Assembly: GCF_009914755.1 (NCBI RefSeq)
Contig: NC_060933.1
Reading direction: 5' to 3' (one strand)
Source: the human T2T-CHM13v2.0 reference genome, Homo sapiens
DNA: 64,000 nt
Both the position numbers and the translations under genes were made by a program. The notes beneath the pieces are model-generated. The model searched no databases and was not told the origin of the DNA. It saw only the letters and a list, made by a program, of their open reading frames with translations. Positions 56,901 to 64,000 of this stretch are shown one piece after another. Each line of letters begins with the position of its first letter. Position 1 is the first letter of the stretch.

Positions 56901-59900
56901 GAACGGAACGGAACGGAACGGAATGGAATGGAATGGAATGGAAAGGAATCAACGCGAGTGCAGGGGAATGGAATGGAATGGAATGCAATGGAATGGAATC
57001 TTCCGGAATGGAATGGAATGGAATGGAATGGAATGGAATCAACCCGAGTGCAATGGAATGGAGTGGAATGGAATGGAATGGAATGGAACAACCCGAATTG
57101 AATGGAATGTAATGGAGAGTAAGGGAGTTGAATAGAATCAATCCGAATGTAATGGAATGGAATGGAACGGAATGGAATTGAATGGGATGGAATGGAATGC
57201 ATGGAATGGAGTCAACCCGAGTTCAACGGAATGGAGAGGAATGGAATGGAATGGAATGGAAACTACCCGAATGGAATGGAATGGAATGGAGTGTAAGGGA
57301 ATTGAATAGAATCAATCCGAATGTAATGTAATGGAATGGAATGGAATGGAATGGAATGGAATGGAATGGAATGGAATGCAATGGAATGGAATCAACCCGA
57401 GTGCAATCGAATGGAATCGAATGGAATGGAATGCAATGGAATGGATTCAACTTGAATGGAATGGAAAGAATGGAATCAACACGAGTGGAATGGCATGGAT
57501 TGGAATGGAATGGAATGGAATCAACCAGAGTACAGGGGAATGGAATGGAATGGAATGCAATGGAATGGAATCATCCGTAATGGAATGGAAAGGAATGGAA
57601 TGGAATGGAATGGAATGGAATGGAATGGAATGGAATGGAATCAACTCGATTGCAATCGAATGGAATGGAATGGAATTAACCCGAATAGAATGGAATGGAA
57701 TGGAATGGAATGGAACGGAACGGAATGGAATGGAATGGAATGGAACGGAACGGAATGGAATGGAATGGAATGGAATGGAATCAACGCGAGTGCAGGGGAA
57801 TGGAATGGAATGGAATGCAATGGAATGGAAACTTCCGGAATGGAATGGAATGGAATGGAATGGAATGGAATGGAATGGAATGGAATGCAATCAACCCGAC
57901 TGCAGGGGAATGGAATGGAATGGAATGGAATGGAATGGAATGGAATCATCCGGAACGGAATGGAATGGAATGGATTGGAATCAAATCGATTGCAATGGAA
58001 TGGAATGGAATGGAATGGAATCGAATGGAATGGAGTGGAATTAACCGGAATAGAATGGAATGGAATGGAATGGAACGGAATGAAATGGAATGGAATGGAA
58101 TGGAATGGAATGGAATCAACCCGAGTGCAGGGGAATGGAATGGAATGGAATGCAATGGAATGGAATCATCCGGAATGGAATGGAATGGAATGGAATGCAA
58201 TCAACCTGATGCAATGGAATGGAGTGGAATGGAATGGAATGGAATGGAAACATCCCGAATGGAATGGAATGTAATGGAGTGTAAGGGAATTGAATAGAAT
58301 CAATCCGAATGTAATGGAATGGAATGGAATGGAATGGAATCAACCCGAGTGCAATGGAATGGATTCGAATGGAATGGAATGGAATGGAATGGATTCAACA
58401 AGAATGGAATGGAAAGGAATGGAATCAACCCGAGTGTAATGGCATGGAATGGAACGGAATGGAATGGGATGGAATGGAATGGTATGGAATAGAATGGAAT
58501 GGAATGAAATGGAATAGAATGGAATGGAATGGAATGCAATGGAATGAACCCGTGTGCAATGGAATGGAATGGAATGGAATGGAATGGATTCAACTCGAAT
58601 GGAATCAACTCGATTGCAATGGAATGGAATGGAATTGAAAGGAATAGAATGGAATCAACCCGAGTGGAATGGAATGGAAAGGACTGGAATGGAGTGGAAT
58701 GGAATGGAATGGAATTAACCCGAATAGAATGAAATGGAACGGAATGGAATGGAATGTAATGGAATGGAATGGAATGGAATCAACCCGAGTGCAGGGGAAT
58801 GGAATGGAATGGAATGCAATGGAATGGAATCATCCGGAATGGAATGGAATGGAATGGAATGGAATGGAATGGAATCAACTCGATTTCAATGGAAATGGAA
58901 TGGAATAGAATGGAATGGAATTAACACGAATAGAATGGAATGGAATGGAATTGAATGGAACAGAAAGGAATGGAATGGAATGGAATGGAATCAACCCAAG
59001 TGCAGGGGAATGGAATGGAATGGAATTCAATGGAATGGAATCATCCGGAATGGAATGGAATGGAATGGAATGGAATGGAATGGAATGGAATGGAATGGAA
59101 TCAACCCGAGTGCAATGGAATGGAGAGGAATGGAATGGAATGGAATGGAAACTACACGAATCGAATGGAATGTAATGGAGTGTAAGGGACTTGAATAGAA
59201 TGAATCCGAATGGAATGGAATGGAAAGGAATGGAATGGAATGGAATGGAATGGAATGCAATGCCATGGAATCAACCCGAGTGCAATCGAATGGAATCGAA
59301 TGGAATGGAATGCAATGGAATGGATTCAACTTGAATGGAATGGAAAGAATGGAATCAACACGAGTGGAATGGCATGGATTGGAATGGAATGGAATGGAAT
59401 CAACCCGAGTACAGGGGAATGGAATGGAATGGAATGAAATGGAATGGAATCATCAGTAATGTAATGGAAAGGAATGGAATGGAATGGAATGGAATCAACT
59501 CTATTGCAATCGAATGGAATGGAATGGAATTAACCCGAATAGAATGGAATGGAATGGAATGGAATGGAACGGAACGGAACGGAACGGAACGGAATGGAAT
59601 GGAATGGAATGGAATGGAATGGAATGCAATGGAATCAACTGATTGCAATGGAATGGAATGGAATGGAATGGAATGGAATGGAATGGAATCAACCCGACTG
59701 CAGGGGAATGGAATGGAATGGATTGCAATGGAATGGATTCAACTTGAATGGAATGGAAAGAATGGAATCAACACGAGTGGAATGGCATGGATTGGAATGG
59801 AATGGAATGGAATCAACCCGAGTACAGGGGAATGGAATGGAATGGAATGCAATGGAATGGAATCATCCGTAATGGAATGGAAAGGAATGGAATGGAATGG

Positions 59901-62900
59901 AATGGAATGGAATGGAATGGAATGGAATCAACTCGATTGCAATGGAATGGAATGGAATGGAATTAACCCAAATAGAATGGAATGGAATGGAATGGAACGG
60001 AACGGAACGGAATGGAATGGAATGGAATGGAATGGAATGGAACGGAAAGGAATGGAATGGAACGGAATGGAATGGAATGGAATGGAATGGAATCAACGCG
60101 AGTGCAGGGGAATGGAATGGAATGGAATGCAATGGAATGGAATCTTCCGGAATGGAATGGAATGGAATGGAATGGAATCAACCCGAGTGCAATGGAATGG
60201 AGTGGAATGGAATGGAATGGAATGGAACAACCCGAATGGAATGGAATGTAATGGAGAGTAAAGTAGTTGAATAGAATCATTCCGAATGTAATGGAATGGA
60301 ATGGAACGGAATGGAATTGAATGGAATGGAATGGAATGCAATGGAATGGAATCAACCCGAGTGCAATGGAATGGAGAGGAATGGAATGGAATGGAATGGA
60401 AACTACCCGAATGGAATGGAATGTAATGGAGTGTAAGGGAATTGAATAGAATCAATCCGAATGTAATGGAATGGAATGGAACGGAATGGAATGGAATGGA
60501 ATGGAATGGAATGGAATGGAATCAACCCGAGTGCAATCGAATGGAATCGAATGCAATGCAATGCAATGGAATGGATTCAACTTGAATGGAATGGAAAGAA
60601 TGGAATCAACACGAGTGGAATGGCATGGATTGGAATGGAATGGAATGGAATCAACCCGAGTACAGGGGAATGGAATGGAATGGAATGCAATGGAATGGAA
60701 TCATCCGAAATGGAATGGAAAGGAATGGAATGGAATGGAATCAACTCGATTGCAATCGAATGGAATGGAATGGAATTAACCCAAATAGAATGGAATGGAA
60801 TGGAATGGAACGGAACGGAATGGAATGGAATGGAATGGAATGGAATGGAACGGAACGGAACGGAACGGAATGGAATGGAATGGAATGGAATGGAAAGGAA
60901 TCAACGCGAGTGCAGGGGAATGGAATGGAATGGAATGCAATGGAATGGAATCTTCCGGAATGGAATGCAATGGAATGGAATGGAATGGAATGGAATCAAC
61001 CAGAGTGCAATGGAATGGAGTGGAATGGAATGGAATGGAATGGAAAAACCCTAATTGTATGGAATGTAATGGAGAGTAAGGGAGTTGAATAGAATCAATC
61101 CGAATGTAATGGAATGGAATGGAACGGAATGGAATTGAATGGAATGGAATGGAATGCATGGAATGGAATCAACCCGAGTTCAACGGAATGGAGAGGAATG
61201 GAATGGAATGGAATGGAAACTACCCGAATGGAATGGAATGGAATGGAGTGTAAGGGAATTGAATAGAATCAATCCGAATGTAATGGAATGGAATGGAACG
61301 GAATGGAATGGAATGGAATGGAATGGAATGGAATGGAATGGAATGGAATGGAATGCAATGGAATGGAATCAACCCGAGTGCAATCGAATGGAATCGAATG
61401 GAATGGAATGCAATGGAATGGATTCAACTTGAATGGAATGGAAAGAATGGAATCAACACGAGTGGAATGGCATGGATTGGAATGGAATGGAATGGAATCA
61501 ACCCGAGTACAGGGGAATGGAATGGAATGGAATGCAATGGAATGGAATCATCCGTAATGGAATGGAAAGGAATGGAATGGAATGGAATGGAATGGAATGG
61601 AATCAACTCGATTGCAATCGAATGGAATGGAATGGAATTAACCCGAATAGAATGGAATGGAATGGAATGGAACGGAACGGAATGGAATGGAATGGAATGG
61701 AATGGAATGGAACGGAAAGGAAGGGAATGGAATGGAATAGAATGGAATGGAATGGAATCAACGCTAGTGCAGGGGAATGGAATGGAATGGAATGCAATGG
61801 AATGGAATCTTCCGGAATGGAATGGAATGGAATGGAATGGAATGGAATGGAATGGAATCAACCCTAGTGCAATGGAATGGAGTGGAATGGAATGGAATGG
61901 AATGGAACAACCCGAATGGAATGGAATGTAATGGAGAGTAAGGGAGTTGAATAGAATCAATCCGAATGTAATGGAATGGAATGGAACGGAATGGAATTGA
62001 ATGGAATGGAATGGAATGCAATGGAATGGAATCAACCCGAGTGCAATGGAATGGAGAGGAATGGAATGGAATGGAATGGAAACTACCCGAATGGAATGGA
62101 ATGTAATGGAGTGTAAGGGAATTGAATAGAATCAATCCGAATGTAATGGAATGGAATGGAAAGGAATGGAATGGAATGGAATGGAATGGAATGGAATGGA
62201 ATGGAATGCAATGGAATGGAATCAACCCGAGTGCAATCGAATGGAATCGAATGGAATGGAATGCAATGGAATGGATTCAACTTGAGTGGAATGGAAAGAA
62301 TGGAATCAACACGAGTGGAATGGTATGGATTGGAATGGAATGGAATGGAATCAACCCGAGTACAGGGGAATGGAATGGAATGGAATGCAATGGAATGGAA
62401 TCATCCGTAATGGAATGGAAAGGAATGGAATGGAATGGAATGGAATGGAATGGAATGGAATGGAATGGAATGGAATCAACTCGATTGCAATCGAATGGAA
62501 TGGAATGGAATTAACCCGAATAGAATGGAATGGAATGCAATGGAACGGAACGGAATGGAATGGAATGGAATGGAACGGAACGGAATGGAATGGAATGGAA
62601 TGGAATGGAATCAACGCGAGTGCAGGGGAATGGAATGGAATGGAATGCAATGGAATGGAAACTTCCGGAATGGAATGGAATGGAATGGAATGGAATGGAA
62701 TGGAATGGAATGGAATCAACCCGACTGCAGGGGAATGGAATGGAATGGAATGGAATCATCCGGAACGGAATGGAATGTAATGGAATGGAATCAAATCGAT
62801 TGCAATGGAATGGAATGGAATGGAATGGAATCGAATGGAATGGAGTGGAATTAACCGGAATAGAATGGAATGGAATGGAATGGAACGGAATGAAATGGAA

Positions 62901-64000
62901 TGGAATGGAATGGAATGGAATGGAATCAACCCGAGTGCAGGGGAATGGAATGGAATGGAATGCAATGGAATGGAATCATCCGGAATGGAATGGAATTTAA
63001 TGGAATGCAATCAACCTGATGCAATTGAATGGAGTGGAATGGAATGGAATGGAATGGAAACATCCCGAATGGAATGGAATGTAATGGAGTGTAAGGGAAT
63101 TGAATAGAATCAATCCGAATGTAATGGAATGGAATGGAATGAAATGGAATGTAATGGAATAGAATGGAATCAACCCGAGTGCAATGGAATGGATTCGAAT
63201 GGAATGGAATGGAATGGAATGGATTCAACAAGAATGGAATGGAAAGGAATGGAATCAACCCGAGTGTAATGGCATGGAATGGAACGGAATGGAATGGGAT
63301 GGAATGGAATGGTATGGAATAGAATGGAATGGAATGAAATGGAATAGAATGGAATGGAATGGAATGGAATGGAATGAACCCGTGTGCAATGGAATGGAAT
63401 GGAATGGAATGGATTCAACTCGAATGGAATCAACTCGATTGCAATGGAATGGAATGGAATTGAAAGGAATAGAATGGAATCAACCCGAGTGGAATGGAAT
63501 GCAAAGGACTGGAATGGAGTGGAATGGAATGGAATGGAATTAACCCGAATAGAATGAAATGGAACGGAATGGAATGAAATGTAATGGAATGGAATGGAAT
63601 GGAATCAACCCGAGTGCAGGGGAATGGAATGGAATGGAATGCAATGGAATGGAATCATCCGGAATGGAATGGAATGGAATGAAATGGAATGGAATGGAAT
63701 CAACCCGACTGCAGGGGAATGGAATGGAATGGAATGCAATGGAATGGATTCAACTTGAATGGAATGGAAAGAATGGAATCAACACGAGTGGAATGGCATG
63801 GATTGGAATGGAATGGAATGGAATCAACCCGAGTACAGGGGAATGGAATGCAATGGAATGAAATGGAATGGAATCATCCGTAATGTAATGGAAAGGAATG
63901 GAATGGAATGGAATGGAATCAACTCTATTGCAATCGAATGGAATGGAATGGAATTAACCCGAATAGAATGGAATGGAATGGAATGGAATGGAACGGAACG
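53810..64000 (+). repeat. ~4.2-4.8-kb higher-order repeat, two full copies plus a partial third
   Basis: CAACCTGATGCAAT (54005/58202/63012), GGAAACATCCCG (54044/58246/63056), GATTCAACAAG (54210/58392/63222), GCAATGCCATGG (55070/59257), CAACTGATTGC (55589/59635), GAATGCATGG (~57195/61152). Confidence 0.88.

Larger units (their letters stand above)
1..64000. repeat. Human Satellite III (HSat3)-type pericentromeric satellite array
   Basis: Continuous (GGAAT)n/(ATTCC)n with interspersed CAACCCGAGT, CAACTCGATT and TAACCCGAAT decamers, the classical Sat III signature; no non-satellite interruption seen. Confidence 0.98.
28456..64000 (+). repeat. HSat3 block 3, G-rich strand on +
   Basis: GTGTGCAATGGAATGG... 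from 28456 to the window end. Confidence 0.97.

Noticed and set aside
1-64000. CRISPR-like alternation of repeats and spacers
   Set aside because: The 'spacers' are a small recurring vocabulary of mutated pentamers rather than unique sequences; no cas genes; eukaryotic satellite
1-64000. HSat2, alpha satellite/CENP-B boxes, telomeric arrays, GGAA (EWS-FLI1) microsatellites, Alu/L1 insertions
   Set aside because: No CATTCGATTC-dominated HSat2 pattern, 171-bp monomers, (TTAGGG)n or (GGAA)n tracts, poly-A tails or unique sequence seen
1-64000. Definite chromosome/subfamily assignment (e.g. chr9q12)
   Set aside because: Low divergence, strand switches and HSE content are suggestive, but assignment needs k-mer mapping to a T2T reference, which I cannot run

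Overview
The whole 64 kb is primate (human-like) pericentromeric Satellite III (HSat3): a (GGAAT/CATTC)n pentamer array punctuated by CAACCCGAGT-family decamers. I see no genes, transposons or unique sequence. Every ORF in the track is an artefact, because (GGAAT)3 has no stop codon in any frame and gives poly-GMEWN or poly-IPFHS. The interest lies in the architecture. (1) Two sharp strand switches, at ~7211 and ~28455, each with a 2-bp CC microhomology, bound a 21.2-kb inverted block. (2) Two sequence dialects, here called A and B, are arranged A> <A <B B> A>, so subfamily identity mirrors around the 28455 switch. (3) I count 29 perfect three-unit heat-shock elements (GGAATCTTCCGGAAT type), all in dialect A and none in a 17.5-kb stretch spanning dialect B. 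(4) There are nested higher-order repeats and duplications of ~0.55, ~0.85, ~1.9, ~2.4, ~3.1 and ~4.2-4.8 kb, plus a ~3-kb block repeated ~44 kb away. (5) One copy of a rare module has lost a small hairpin precisely. A chr9q12-type origin is plausible but is inference only. All counts and alignments were made by eye and need computational confirmation.
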